From NCBI RefSeq assembly GCF_009914755.1, contig NC_060930.1: a stretch of 64,000 bases of DNA, one strand, 5' to 3'. The notes below the pieces were generated by a model. That model was not told the origin of the DNA and did no database searches. It was given only the letters and a program-made list of their open reading frames with translations. The stretch comes from the human T2T-CHM13v2.0 reference genome, Homo sapiens. Position numbers and translations under genes: made by a program. Below are positions 13,641 to 29,284 of the stretch, piece after piece; positions within the stretch are counted from its first letter, which is position 1, and each line of letters opens with the position of its first letter.

Positions 13641-14035
13641 TCCTCAAAAAGTGCTATGAAAGTATCAAAAACTCGTCTCCCTTTGGAGTAAAAACATTGT
13701 ATCTAACTCCATAAAATGTAGGAAGTCCATATATATATATATATATACACATATATATACGTATATATATATATGTATATATACGTATATACATATCACA
13801 TATATACATATATGTATATATATACATATCACATATATACATATATGTATATATATATACATATCACATATATACATATATGTGTATATATATACATATA
13901 TACATATATGTATATATACGTATATATATGTATATATATATATATATGGACTTCCTACATTTTATGGAGTTAGATACAATGTTTTTACTCCAAAGGGAGA
14001 CGAGTTTTTGATACTTTCATAGCACTTTTTGAGGA
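13641..14035. repeat. Perfect 88-bp inverted repeat with a 219-bp interrupted (TA)n spacer
   Basis: 13641-13728 is the exact reverse complement of 13948-14035 (checked base by base); spacer 13729-13947 is made of TA, TACA and TACG units. Confidence 0.98.
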
Positions 14036-14040
14036 CATAA

Positions 14041-14210
14041 TACGTATATATATGTATATATACGTATATATACATATATATGTATATATACATATATACG
14101 TATATATACATATATATGTATATATACATATATATACACATATATATGTATATATACACATATACGTATATATACGTATATATGTATATATACATATATA
14201 TATATATACA
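14041..14210. repeat. Interrupted (TA)n / (TATACA)n microsatellite
   Basis: Direct reading. Confidence 0.97.
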
Positions 14211-15829
14211 GAAAAATGAAAAACTGTTCATCTTATAAACAAAGGTCAAAAACCTAATGATCATACTGGAATGTTCTGAATGTTTTGTCTGTAACTGTTT
14301 TAAATTGTTTAAATTTAGTGGATAGTGAGGAGGAAAATAATAAATTTCTCTTTATGCCATAGGTTTTTTGTGTCCTGAATTTTCCAGTTCTATTAGTTTA
14401 AAAGAATCAAACATCACTTTGAGCCTATAGAAGGGAGTTATCCCTGCTGTTAACAAATGTTTACAGTAAATTCTATTCATCATTAAAGAGGAAATTTGTC
14501 ACATTTGTGCTTGAGGAGTCATGATATTTAAGAAGCAGATCACTTTTTTCTTACCACTCACCATGACATTAATTCAATTAGAACATTCAATTAGGTATCT
14601 GATTGATGTCAATGTATATTAAAACATTAGAATAACATTTGTAAAACTTGATAATCCTTTGGGGTTTATTTGAATAATGAACTGTGTACATGTTCCTTAC
14701 ATAATAGCATAGGGATTTAAATTTGCTCTATGGTTGCATGCCTTATTTGAAGATGATTACAAACTCATTGTTGGGCTTTAACTTATTTTTCGTCTTACAT
14801 TCAATGAGTTCCAGAAACTTCTATGACCACACAACTCATCCAAGATAATAAATTCTGAGTGCTGAGGAACTACATTCATGTTGATAATCATTTTATATTC
14901 AGTCCTTCTTTGCCTTTCACCCTTCCATTCCCATGCATTCTCCTCAGATTCTTGCAAGTGAAAACTGGCAAATCCTGCAACTCCTTGGTATATAGCCCAT
15001 CTTCTCCCACATAAGTTTTCATACAGGCATATATAGGGATTTAGCTCTTCTTTTGAGTCCTTTGGAAGCAACAAGGAACAGTTTATTATCCCAAGGAGAA
15101 AAAGTATCCCCTTATGAGACAATGACCCATGTGAAGCCCTTAAGGCATTCTGTGCCTAAGGGGATGTTTTCCTCAGATGCCTGTGAAGGTGAGGATGGAA
15201 AGATGTTATTCTCTCAAGAAGGCTCCTAGGTAATGGTAGTTTCAATATTATCAAATTTCTCTGTGTCTATTCAGAAGTTTCTTTTTATTGTAATAGGTTG
15301 CAATTCTTCCCTATCACTGCTCTTTCTTTAAGATTATCTGGCAAAGGTGTGTATTTATTTGTTGCTTCAATTCTGTAAGCATTGCACTCAGCTCTAGGCT
15401 TAACCCTGAGACACATCTGTCCTTTACCCATGTCAAATAGGGAATTACTTTAAAATTGTCAAAGAAGCTTTTTAATCTTTCTAATTTCAAATCTGCTTAT
15501 TGAATTTATTAATTTAAGGCATTGAATTTTTACTTTGCCTGTATGTTTTTTATAGCTACAAAAGCTTCCAATCCAACAATATTTGTAATCATAATCGATC
15601 CCATATGTCTAAGTGCTATAACCATTTTTTCTACCAAATTTTACCCTTCTTCTACCTCATGGCACTATTGTTAATAACTTAAGTAATCATGATACCACTA
15701 TCTGATTACTGTTCCATTTTTTTCTTAAGCAAGGAAGCTGTCCATGAATTATTAATCTATGTGACCTACCAAATTTTAAAATCCTATTTTGAGGGTTTTC
15801 TTTCCTGGACCCACTCATAGTACCACTCT

Positions 15830-16322
15830 ATTGTTCTAGGTTCCAGAAGATGGCTTACTCAAAGAGAAAGTGAAAAAAAAAAAAGTCTAATGAAGAGATT
15901 ATATACACAGATGTATGTAGGATTAAGGGAACAAACAAGGAAAGATTATTCACCCAGTCACTAGCAACAGCATAAATTCTTTATTAGTCATAGGCTCAAG
16001 TAGGAAAGGGATGATGGTAAATGAAAACTGAGAAGAGTTTTTGATTTGAAAGAAGGTGTCCTCAAATCAATTATGGCAACAGGTAGAAAATTGTTGCCAC
16101 TATTAAAACACGGTCAGGTGTGGAAAAAATGAAGAACATAATTCCCCCAACCTTTTGTCCAACACAATGATCTCCTGCTAGCATTTTGCATTACCTGACT
16201 CCAACTAGAAGACAGGAAGAAAGGTATCCCAAATAATTCAATCAAACAGATTAGCCTCATATAACACAGAGAAGGGCGAAAATGGTAGAGTGTTTCTGAA
16301 GTGGCAGATAGAGAAAAAACTG
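15830..16322 (-). mobile_element. Ancient ERVL LTR (LTR33-like)
   Basis: 'ggattaagggaacaaacaagg...ctagcaacagc' and terminal 'agaagggcgaaaatggtagagtgtttctgaagtggcaga' resemble recalled LTR33 antisense sequence. Confidence 0.5.
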
Positions 16323-16679
16323 TTTACTCTTCTATCAGACTCCATTACTTCATAAATAATAGTTGTGTTTCCACTGTTTACCTTTTACTTCACAATATTG
16401 GGAACTGTTGTCCAAATAAATATAATTCCAGACCCCAAATAATAGTATATCCACACTTTTGTCATCCTTTTCTATAGCTTTGTCTTGTTTATATGCACAA
16501 GAGTGATTTTTGCTTTGTTTTCTACATATTATGTTCCTCTGTTTTGAACCATGGGGCTGGTAACCACCTTCCCTACTCCCCTGTCCATAAAATGGCACCA
16601 GTACTACATGTATTAATGATTATCAAAACAGAGATATTTTTTCGGGTCCAGATAACTTATGCAAGGCGAAATGGACATA

Positions 16680-16759
16680 TTAAGTTGGTGATAAAGTAAT
16701 TGTGGTTTTTGCCACTAAAAGTAATGGCCAAAATCGCAATAACTTTTGCACCAACCTAA
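16680..16759. mobile_element. MADE1 (Hsmar1 mariner-derived MITE), 80 bp
   Basis: ttaagttggtgataaagtaattg...caataacttttgcaccaacctaa; palindromic ~37-bp TIRs; TA on both flanks (16678-16679 and 16760-16761). Confidence 0.93.
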
Positions 16760-16780
16760 TATTTGTCTGTGATTCAAGCT

Positions 16781-16985
16781 AGAAAGAAAGACAATGAAAA
16801 AGAAAGAACAGGAAGGAAGGAGGGAGGGAGGGAAGGAAGGAAGGATGGAAAGAAAGAAAAAGAAAATGAGAAAGGAGAAGAAAATGAGAAAAGAGAAGAA
16901 AATGAGAAAGGGACAGGAAAGGAAAGGGAAGGGAAGGGAAGTGAAGGAAAGGAAGGAAAGAAAGAAAAGGGGAAAAAGGGAGAAA
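16781..16985 (+). repeat. GA-rich polypurine low-complexity tract (GGAA/GAAA units; 3 copies of gaaaatgagaaag)
   Basis: Direct reading. Confidence 0.95.
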
Positions 16986-17001
16986 TACATCTAAATCTTA
17001 A

Positions 17002-17810
17002 AAAAATATCTTCTATTTTAGGCTCAGGGGTACATGTGCAGGTTTGTTATATAGGTAAACTCAAGTCAAGGGGTTTGTTGTACAGATTATTTCATCACCC
17101 AGGTACTAGGCCTTGTGCCCAACAGATATTTTTTCTGATCTTCGCCATCTTCTTACCCTCCACCCTCAAGCAGGCCCTAGTGTCCATTGTTCTCCTCTTT
17201 GTGCCCATGTGTTCCTATCCTTTAGCTCCCACTTACAAGTGAGAACCTGTAGTATTTGGTTTTCTGTTTCTGCATTAGTTTGCTAGAAATAATGGCCTCA
17301 GCTGCATCCATGTTCTTGCAAAGAACATTTTATTCTTTTTAATGGCTGCACAGTATTCCATGGTGTATATGTACCACATTTTCTTTACATGTGGCCAAAA
17401 AGCATATGAAAAAAGTTCAATATAACTGATAGAGTAATGTAAATCAAATCCACAATGAGATATCATCTCAGAACAGTCAGAATGGCTTTTATTAAAAAGT
17501 CAAAAAATAACAGATGCTGGCAAGGTTGCAGAGAAAATGAAATGCATACACACTGTTGATGGGAGTGTAAATTAGTTCAACCATTGTGGAAAGCAGTGTG
17601 GTGATTCCTCAAAGAGCTAAAAACAGAACTATCATTCAACCCAGAAATCCTATTACTGATTATATACCCAAAGGAATAGAAATCGGTCTACCATAAAGAC
17701 ATGTGCACACATATGTTCATTGTAGCACAACCCACAATGGCAAATACATGAAATAAACTTAAATGCCCATCAATGGCAAATTGGACAAAGAAAGTGTGGA
17801 ACATATGCAT
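17002..17810 (-). mobile_element. Older L1PA (about PA13-16) with 5' inversion
   Basis: Minus-strand 3' UTR to ~17387, plus-strand segment 17388-17810; degenerate TSD atctaaat(c/t)ttaa at 16989-17001 and 17811-17823; ~25 bp duplicated across the inversion. Confidence 0.87.
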
Positions 17811-17829
17811 ATCTAAATTTTAATTAATC

Positions 17830-18650
17830 TTAAACTCCATTACTCAAATCTGTTTCTCTGTGCATTCTCCATCTCAACGAATGTCACCACTTTTCTCCTA
17901 GTTGCCAGCTTGATATCTATTTCACCATTAATTTCTTCCTGTCATGCTCTTTAACCTATCTCTAGTTAGTCTCAATATCATGTTAATTTGACCATATAAA
18001 AAGCTCTCAATCTGCCCTTAATCTTGATTCACCATTGCTAGGTAAATTTCTGCCCTTCTCAATTCACAACTTTATTACTATAATAGTTTCCTAATGCAGC
18101 GCTCTGCCCACACACCTCTCCTATCCAATTCATTCCTCCCAGGGTGTTACATAAGTGATTTGTTCAAAACACAAATTTTGTCCTACCAGTTTTCTTTTAA
18201 AAATCATCCAGTTGTTTTCATAATTGTTTTCATATTGACACACAATAGCCTTCATAATCTAGCCCCTGCCTGTGTATGAAGCTGCTTCACATGACTCTCC
18301 TTCCAAGGGTAACTAATGATCCAGCAATATTTGCAGCTCATTGGATACCATAGTTTCTTCAATATGTAATAATACTCAATTCTTTTTTCTTAACTTAACT
18401 ACCAGTTTCTGAACTGAAAGTGAATCTTCTCTCACCCTTTGTTGTTACCTATTAGGTACCTTCATAATTACTTTGCTTGCTTCTATCATACTGTCTTATC
18501 ATTATTTTCCATTTCCCCTAGCCTATAAATTTCATGGGTATAAGAATGGGTTTTAGTTATGTTTTGAGATTTACATCTCTAGTACCCAACAAAGGGTCTG
18601 GAGACTTGAAGAAGTCAAAAGCATATTTAATATACAAGTGAGTGAGCGGT
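17830..18650 (+). mobile_element. LINE-2 3' portion
   Basis: 'ccatctcaacgaatgtcaccac', 'gccttcataatctagcccctgcct', L2-like 3' end near 18580-18650. Confidence 0.7.
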
Positions 18651-19321
18651 TGAATCTTTGTAATTAAAAGTATATTCCTAGATAAGGATTGCTCACTTGA
18701 TGCTTCTGACCTAAAGATGTCCCCAAATTGTGGCCTGCTGGTGAAATTGAATCCCATGGAGCCAAACAGTAATACCTTTTTGTTTTCTCTATTATAATGA
18801 TGATTCCTGACTGGTGTGGAAATACTCCTTAGCCAGTCTCTTGTCAGCAGGTTAATAACTCTTTGTCTTCCTTCTGCCCCAATGCATTGGTCTCTAGTCA
18901 AAGGGCTTTACAGTTTCCTTTCTCCAACTCCTATGCATTGCTCAAATATCAATATGGGCTAATCTCCAAGTCATGGATTTTAATCATTTTTTAACATGAT
19001 GTTGGCCCAACATATTTGGAAATTCTCATTTGGATTTATTTTCAGAGAAAATAAATACTGTGTTACATATTCTCAGTGATTGCAAAACTTTCTCCCTCAA
19101 AAATATACTTCCTTCAAAATTACTAAAAACCATTCAGAATCAGCCATTATTCATGATGATACCACATAGATATATCTGAAAAGTATAAAACAAAAATTAA
19201 TAAATATGCAAGTATCTAGCATTAAAAAGCAAACAATTATAAAATAGCATTGACTTTTTATAAAAGTATTTTTTTCCATTGAGTTATAAAACATAGTTCT
19301 GAGCGAAGGCTCTCTAGGATT

Positions 19322-19502
19322 GCTTCCTTTTCTTATAAGGAAACCAGTCCTATAGGATCATTGCCCCACCCTATGACCTCATTTAACCATTATTACCTCT
19401 CGTAAAGGTCCTATCTCCAAATACAGTCACATTGCGGGTTAGGGCTTCAACATACGAATTTGGAAGTGAGTGGGTAGGGGAAACACAATTCCATTCACAG
19501 CA
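19322..19502 (-). mobile_element. MLT1 (MaLR) LTR fragment
   Basis: 'cctatctccaaatacagtcacattgcgggttagggcttcaacatacgaatttgg' is the reverse complement of the MLT1A/B 5' end. Confidence 0.85.
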
Positions 19503-20469
19503 TCTCTTAATCAAACATTGTAGTGTAAAACCAGATCTGATAGAAGTGGTTTCAGGAAAGGAGGCATGTATGCTTATATAAAGACTATTCAAAGTCTTTA
19601 GGAAAAAAAAAAAAGTACAGAGATGAAGGCTCTAACATTATAATAGACAATGAAAGGATATTAACTTCTGTCTTCAAAATCTTATTTGTACAGCCTGAAT
19701 TTGAAAATACAACTTAGCAAAAAATGGCAGATGAGGTCTGAAAAAATAAAGCAGAGTACATTAAAAATCAATTACAAATCGTAATGAAGAACTAAATTCC
19801 AGCAAATGTTTTTTTCTCTGATAACACATTTCTCAGCATTATGAAAGGAAAATTTAGTTGTCCATTTTTAGTCATAAAATCTGTCAAAATTGACCTGTGA
19901 TTAACATGCTTTACAAGTTTATTGTGTAACTGATAATGTTTATGTAAACATAATCTAAACAAAATGACATTCAAAGAAGGTGACAAGAGAAAAATCAATC
20001 TTTATCATTTTGGAAATTCTTAGTGTAAGCAAAAAGATCCAGAGCACTTGAATATGCATAAGGATTTTGAATATGTGTAACTGTTACAACCAGAGAACTT
20101 TGTTGACCCTTAGATGTAGAGTCACAAGAAAGTCAAAAGCAATAGCATTCTATTAAGAAAAACTTTATTGGATGAAGTAATGTCCTCGAAAATAATAACT
20201 GAAAGCCCGATTTATGCAAAATTACCATGTGAGTAATTTTCTAGGAATAAAATTATTCTCTGGTTTTGAATATATGTTAAATGCTTCAAGTTCTTGTAGC
20301 ATTATTTGCTACTTTTGTAAATAAATAATTTTAAATTTGTATCTTTCTGTTATTGTACACAAAATTTGCTAGTGTACTCTCAAAATCTATTTGATATGGT
20401 CTGAATTGAACCATCCTACTGGTTATCTTTCTACATTTTATTTTTCTTGATACACTTTCTCTGCTACAC

Positions 20470-20760
20470 CTCTACATATTGGTATACTAAGGCTTGGCTA
20501 TAGAAAATATTCTCCCTATATATTCTTTCTCTGATATTTTCTTCTGGGTAAAATACATTAAATACCATTGATGTGTTTTCTTCTCCCAATTTTTTACTCT
20601 AAGTGCTGAACTCTCCCATGAATTTCAAACATATATATTCAACTGCTTACTCAATATATCCAAGTTTTGAATGCAGCAACTGTTCTTTGCAACTGAGATG
20701 GCAAATAACATTTTAAACAACATGAAAAAAGTTAACTCCAGAGTTTCCACCCAAACCCAC
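20470..20760 (+). mobile_element. LINE-2 fragment
   Basis: 'gaactctcccatgaatttcaaacatatatattcaactgcttactcaatatatcc'. Confidence 0.6.
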
Positions 20761-21859
20761 CTTTTACCTCATCATAATATATAATGTGGTTACCTGGTTA
20801 CTATTAATAATATTTTATGTTCTAGATAAACTATTTATGACAAGATAAGCAACAATTATGCTTATCTTTTTCAGCACAACATTTCTATCTAGAATAATTT
20901 GGGTGCCCAATAATATGGGTTTGATAAATTAATGGAAAATGACGACATGGAAGTTGCATAGTATATGCAATTTATTTTAAAAAAGAGGCAGTCATCATCT
21001 AGAGCTAAAACTAAAACACCATTAAAATTATTTATAATTAGGAGAGCTATGCCACATATATGAAGATACTGTGGACAAGGGAAACAAGCATTGGTTTCAA
21101 ATAAAACCCTTCAATCAAAAGTCAAAGATACAGGTGGTCTGAGGCATACCATTGATTTATGATTCAGCTACTTATAACATATGCTACTCTTTAGAGTGCT
21201 CTACTTTAGGAAGCAGGAATATTGTATTTAACAATGCTGAATGATTCTCCTAGGCATACAGGGGGGACATCTAGTTACATACAATACTGTCAGGCTCAAA
21301 TAGCCTGTAATTAATTACTCAGATTTATCTTAGGTATAAATGTTATGCTGAACAATTACAAAGCTCTGATTGGGGGTTCTGTTGATCTGACATTGAACAA
21401 AAGTCGCATTTATACATTTATTTAGGAAAATAAATGTAACATGATGTGTTCTAGAACTTAGAAGTTAGAAAAGTGAAAATGACATACTACATTGAGAATT
21501 TTGGCTTTAGAATACATGCGGACCTTTAGTCAATACTTCCTGTTATTCTCCTATTTGTTCTGAATGAGGTTAATAACTTCTTTTCAATAAGTGATAAACT
21601 AGCTATTGTTTGCCTATGCTTTAGAATGTAGAACAAATATTAAGTTCTCTTAGAGAGAAAATAAAATTGTTAATTTAACCAAGAAAAAATGTATGTAAGA
21701 AAATTAAGTTCACTATACTTTTGATATGAAGAAAAAATGAGTCTTCTTGTACACACTCAGGTGTATAGCAGAGAATCTATTTAGTCACCAGGAATTAAAT
21801 ACCTAAATGTAAATACTTCTGAAAAATTGCAAATGAATTAGTAGACATTTGGGAAAAGA

Positions 21860-22473
21860 CTTTCTGTGCCTTGTTTCCAATTTTAGGCATAAAATATTCA
21901 GTGTTTAACTATTAACTGTGATGTTTACCTGTAGATTTTTCATAGATGCCCTTTATCAGATTGTTGGATTTCCTTTCTGTTCGTAGTTTGCTGAGAAACT
22001 TAGAGTCTTTGTCAAATCTTTTTTTATCTGCAACTATTTAATCTTATAATTTTGTTAATTACTCACTTAATACACTGAATTATGTTGACTGATTCTTGAA
22101 TGTTACATTGGCTTTTAATTTAATTTGGTTTTAGTATCTTATATTGTTTATGTATGGCAGGGCTTTGTTAATATTTTATAAAGTATTTATTTCACTTATG
22201 TTCATGAGAGGTTTTAATCTGTAATTTTGTTCTTAAAATGTTTTATCAAGTGTAAAGCAGGTTTATGTCAGTCTCATAAAACCACTTATATAAAACTGGT
22301 TCTATTTGTTCCATAATTTTAAACATGTTTTATTGATGCATAATAATTGGACATATTTATGGGCTATATTTGACATATGTATACAATATTTTGACACATG
22401 CAATACAATATGTAATGATCAAATCATGATATATAAGATATCCATCATCTCAAACAATTTTTTTTTTATTATT
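21860..22473 (-). mobile_element. Old L1 (L1ME-like) fragment plus L1MA-type 3' end fragment; host of the next insertion
   Basis: 'gtagatttttcatagatgccctttatcagattg'; 'atgtaatgatcaaatcatgatatataagatatccatcatctcaaac'; the L1MA tail resumes at 24852. Confidence 0.7.
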
Positions 22474-22492
22474 TGCTTGTTGGGAACATTTC

Positions 22493-24834
<2,342 letters not shown>

Positions 24835-24851
24835 CTTGTTGAAAACATTTC

Positions 24852-25805
24852 AAATCTTTTCCTTTAGCTATTTTAAAATATACAATATAGTGTTGTTAAA
24901 TATAGTCACTCTAAATTTTTAATTAAATTTACCAGTTAGGCCATATGGGCTAGAACTTTCTTTGTGAGTGGTACATTTTCTACTACTAATAATAATTCTG
25001 TAATAATAGTATTTAAATTCATCAAATTTGTCTCTTACATATTCCTTTCTGTGTCAGTTTTGATGAGTTATGTTTACTCATCAATCCATCCATTTTATAA
25101 AAATCATCAATTATTTGCCATGAAGTTTTTCATATTGTCTTCTTATCACTTACTTAATGTCTGTAGTATTTGTAGTGATGTTTTTTCTTTCCTTCTTGAT
25201 ATCTGTCATTTTTTGTTTTCTCTGGTTTTTATACTTGACTAGATTTTTGTTAGGAGATAATTACTTTTATTAATCTATCCAGGGAACTGATTTATCATCT
25301 TCTTTTCTCTGTTTGTTGTACATTTTATTGATATCCACTGTTACTTTCATTCATTCATTTTTTCCATTTACTTACATTGAGTTTTGTTCCTTGTTATCTA
25401 GAGTTATAAGGTGGAAACTAAGATCATTGATTTTATACTTTTACTATAGAAGCATTTAATCCTATATATGTCCGCTCTAAGTTGGGCTTCAGTTTTGACA
25501 GTTACTTTTGATGTCAAAGCAATTCTGACGGTTTTATTCTTCCAACACATTAAAAATAACATTCCATGGTCTTCTGTCTTTCATTGTTTATGATAAGAAA
25601 GCAACTGTCAGTCTTAGCATTTACTCAATATATGGAATGTATGTTTTATTCTTTGGCTGTTTTAAAGATACTTTTCTATTTCAGTATTTGCCCTTGATGT
25701 TCTTAAGTGTATTTTACTGTGGTGGTTGTTGTTTTGTTTTGACTTTTTTTTTTTTTAAATTCAGCTTGGACACACTAAGATTTCTATATCTTTGAGTTGA
25801 TGTCG
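24852..25805 (-). mobile_element. Old L1M fragments (continuation)
   Basis: 'gctattttaaaatatacaatatagtgttgttaaatatagtcac'; 'cattccatggtcttctgtctttcattgtttatgataagaaag'. Confidence 0.65.
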
Positions 25806-25809
25806 TTAT

Positions 25810-26195
25810 TGTATTAGTCCATTTTCACACTGCTATAATGAACTGCCCCAAACTGGGTAATTTATAAAAGAAAGTGGTTTAATTGACTCACAGTTCAACA
25901 TGGCGGTGGAGGCCTCAGGAAACTTACAATCATGGCAGAACGTGAAGGTGAAGCAAGGTACCTTCTTCACAAGGTGGCAGGAAGAAGAATGAACACAAGA
26001 GGAACTACCAAACACTTATAAAACCATCAGATCTCCTGAGAACTCACTCACTATCATGAGAACAGCATGGGGGAAACTGCCCCCATGATTCAATTACCTC
26101 CACCTGGTCTCTCCCTTGACATGTGGGGATTACAGTCATTATGGGGATTACAATTCAAGATGACATTTTGGGTGGGGACACAGCCCAACCATATC
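25810..26195 (-). mobile_element. THE1 (THE1C/D-like) MaLR solo LTR
   Basis: tgtattagtccattttcacactgct...gggtggggacacagcccaaccatatc. Confidence 0.92.
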
Positions 26196-26199
26196 TATT

Positions 26200-27600
26200 T
26201 TATAAAACTCTTGGTCATTACCTATCCAAGTATTTCTTCCATTCCACTCCTCTTCCTTTTCTTAATGTTATCGCAGACTGTTTGGTATTGTTCTATGAAC
26301 CTCAAATTCTTTGTTTCATTTTTTTACTATTTATTGTTTCATTTTTGACAATTTCTATTGACCCTTCTTCATGTTCATGAGTCTGTTCTCTGCTGTATGC
26401 AAAAAACTTTTAAGAACCTCAAGTGAATTTGTCATCTCCAATATTACATTTTATTTGTAGCATTTTCAGTTGGCTCAATTTTTATAATTTTTTATCATTG
26501 TACTGATACTGTTCACTGGTTATGCATTTTTAATTCCTTAACATATTTATCATAGTTTTTTTAAAGTTCTTTTTGATAATACCTACATATTGCCTATCCT
26601 TTAGTCTGCTTTTATTGAATTCTCCTTCTCTTGACCATGGGTAACTTTATCTTGCTTCTTTGCTTGCTATACAATGTGTATTAGTAAACATTAAAAATTG
26701 ATATGAATAATATTTATATCCAGAACACAAATCACCTCTACTGCTCTACATCCACTAATCTGAATTGAGCTGAAGTTGAAATTAGACTCTATTTCCTTTT
26801 GGGATCATAATTTTCAGGTGAGATCTGCACTTTCACTTGAGCATGCCTTGATATCTGAGTACCAGGGAGACTGCAGACATTTTTTTCCTCTCCAGCCCAG
26901 CAGCTCAGTTTCTGATTCATGAGATATTTTGTTTTGCTTTGCGTGGCTTTCCAGTTTTGGAGATTGACATGGATTTGTTTGTTCATTTCAATCCTGGCAT
27001 TATAGACATCAGGGGATCTCTACCCTGCTGTAATACCTCCAACCTTTGAAGAATCTCTGCAATATATTCACTGAAGATATAGACAGCTTTACAGTGATTT
27101 CTCTCAGCTCTCGTACAGCCAGACTTCAGAAGCCAGCAGCCAGAAACCACTGGCTTGCACACAGTAAAGGTCTCGAATTTGTGAGATAAATTCCTTTCAG
27201 CCCTCTTGCCCTGATATCTTCCACTGGGTAATGTGTAATTCAGTAGATATTCTCTCAGTTCACCTTTTTACCCCAGCCTTTTGTGAACTATTCCTACGCA
27301 GTTTGAGATGTTCTTTGGGAAAAGGCTGATGGTGTGTACAAATTCTTTCTGTGACTGGAGGTCTTGGTAATTTTCATCTGTTACACTGGCTCACACCTGA
27401 ACATTAAGGTTTATTAAAGTTTTGACTTGTTTTTCTTACTAGTATTTATTTCAAATTCCTCCTTCACGCCTTTTAGTCAGAGATTAAAACATCTTTGTGT
27501 ACCTTGTTTTCTAGGAATTTCTTTCTCTATATTTTAATTAATTTAGGTTTATTAGAATCTTCAACTATCTCATGAGGGAAAAATATAGTACTATAGCCTG
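26200..27600 (-). mobile_element. Old L1M ORF1/5' region, heavily decayed
   Basis: 'atttctattgacccttcttcatgttcatgagtctgttctctgctgt' is typical antisense L1ME ORF1 sequence. Confidence 0.55.
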
Positions 27601-27979
27601 GCTTCTTTCAGTAGTTAAGATTGGAAGTATAAATCACAAGATTTTCTATGTTCTATTTAAAAGTAAAATCAAGTTTGGGTGTTTTTCTTTTTGTTTTTTA
27701 CTGAAAACATAATATAAGTTAGCCATTCGTTTTAAAACACAAATTGGTTTGTTTTGATGATCTAAGTAACAGAATGTTAAGGTGTTCTTTAAATTCCTCA
27801 ATTTTAAGCAAATTTCTTTTAGTCAAGTAACTATTGGACATCCACTTTCTAGTTAGTCCCCATATAATAGTAAGCATTTACTGTAAAGTAAACTGTATCA
27901 AATATGCACTAAAAAAAAGAAGTCCAGAGTGAAGAATACTGTTTTTTCTCAGTAAAACAAAACAAAACAAAAATTATAA

Positions 27980-28351
<372 letters not shown>

Positions 28352-29284
28352 AATAAGGCCACATTAAAAAAAAAAAAAAATTAGCAACCAGCTTTTGAGA
28401 ACTATGGCATTATAATATTTTTATTCAATACTCCATTTTATACACAAATTTCCAAAAATACTGTGATTATACATGGGCCACATATATCATCTGTTTTTTC
28501 AAACATATTTTCACCAATCTCTAGTCTAGTCATAACACTATTTTAATGTTTTATCTCTTAGCACTTTTGTTTTTACTAAAATAACATTTCTTCCAAAAAT
28601 AGTAAATCAGGAAAAAGAAAACATGGTGAAAGATCCTGCAGAGTATAGATTAGATAAGGAAAAAGAAAATTGTCCATCACACTTGTTTATTAAAAATAAA
28701 TGTATACACAATCAAAGAAGCTCATATTTAAAAGACAAAACAGAAAGAGAGGAAGAATGTGTGAGAGAGGATAGAATATATAGCAAAATTATTGTAGCAT
28801 TAAATTAAAAAATGGTACAATAGCTAAACAGAAAATTCAAATTTCAGTTAGTTACCTCATGATATATCTGTGTCCACTATGGACATGACTTTGAGCAAAA
28901 TTAGATATTGGGTAAGTGTTGTTAATAATTTGGGACTTTATCATTAGACCAGCTTTTTCTATTCTGATATATTATGACAACAAATGCCATTGTAAATATC
29001 TATCAATAACAATCTGAGTTTTAGACATTCAGAAATCATGTTTTTATACACACATGATTAAAAATTGAAAAAATATATATTTAAATATTTGCTAATTGCA
29101 ACTATATTATATTAATAATAAAATGAATTAAATGGAATTAACAAACTGAAAGGGAGGGAAAACAAAAGTAGTCAATATTATGTCATTAAAATTGAAAAAA
29201 TATTTGTGTTTTCTACCCATTTAATTGGAAAAATAAAAGTATACACCTATGTTTTCATTTAAAGTACAAATAAAAAACAGTGGT

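Noticed and set aside
13641-14035. Inverted arms as TIRs of a new MITE, or as a CRISPR-like array
   Set aside because: No TSD (flanks tatct / cataa), no other copy in the window, microsatellite interior, no repeat-spacer periodicity
13654-14264. ORFs rich in Y/I/M/C on both strands, with shared C-terminal peptides
   Set aside because: Translations of the (TA)n tracts and the inverted arms; no coding signal
14778-15122. 114-aa minus-strand ORF in apparently unique sequence
   Set aside because: Non-ATG start, no recognisable domain, no convincing splice context; length is within chance expectation
16763-17242. 159-aa K/E/G-rich ORF
   Set aside because: Translation of the GA-rich tract running into an antisense L1 3' UTR
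18557-18901. 114-aa minus-strand ORF
   Set aside because: Non-ATG start, overlaps the L2 end, no recognisable homology
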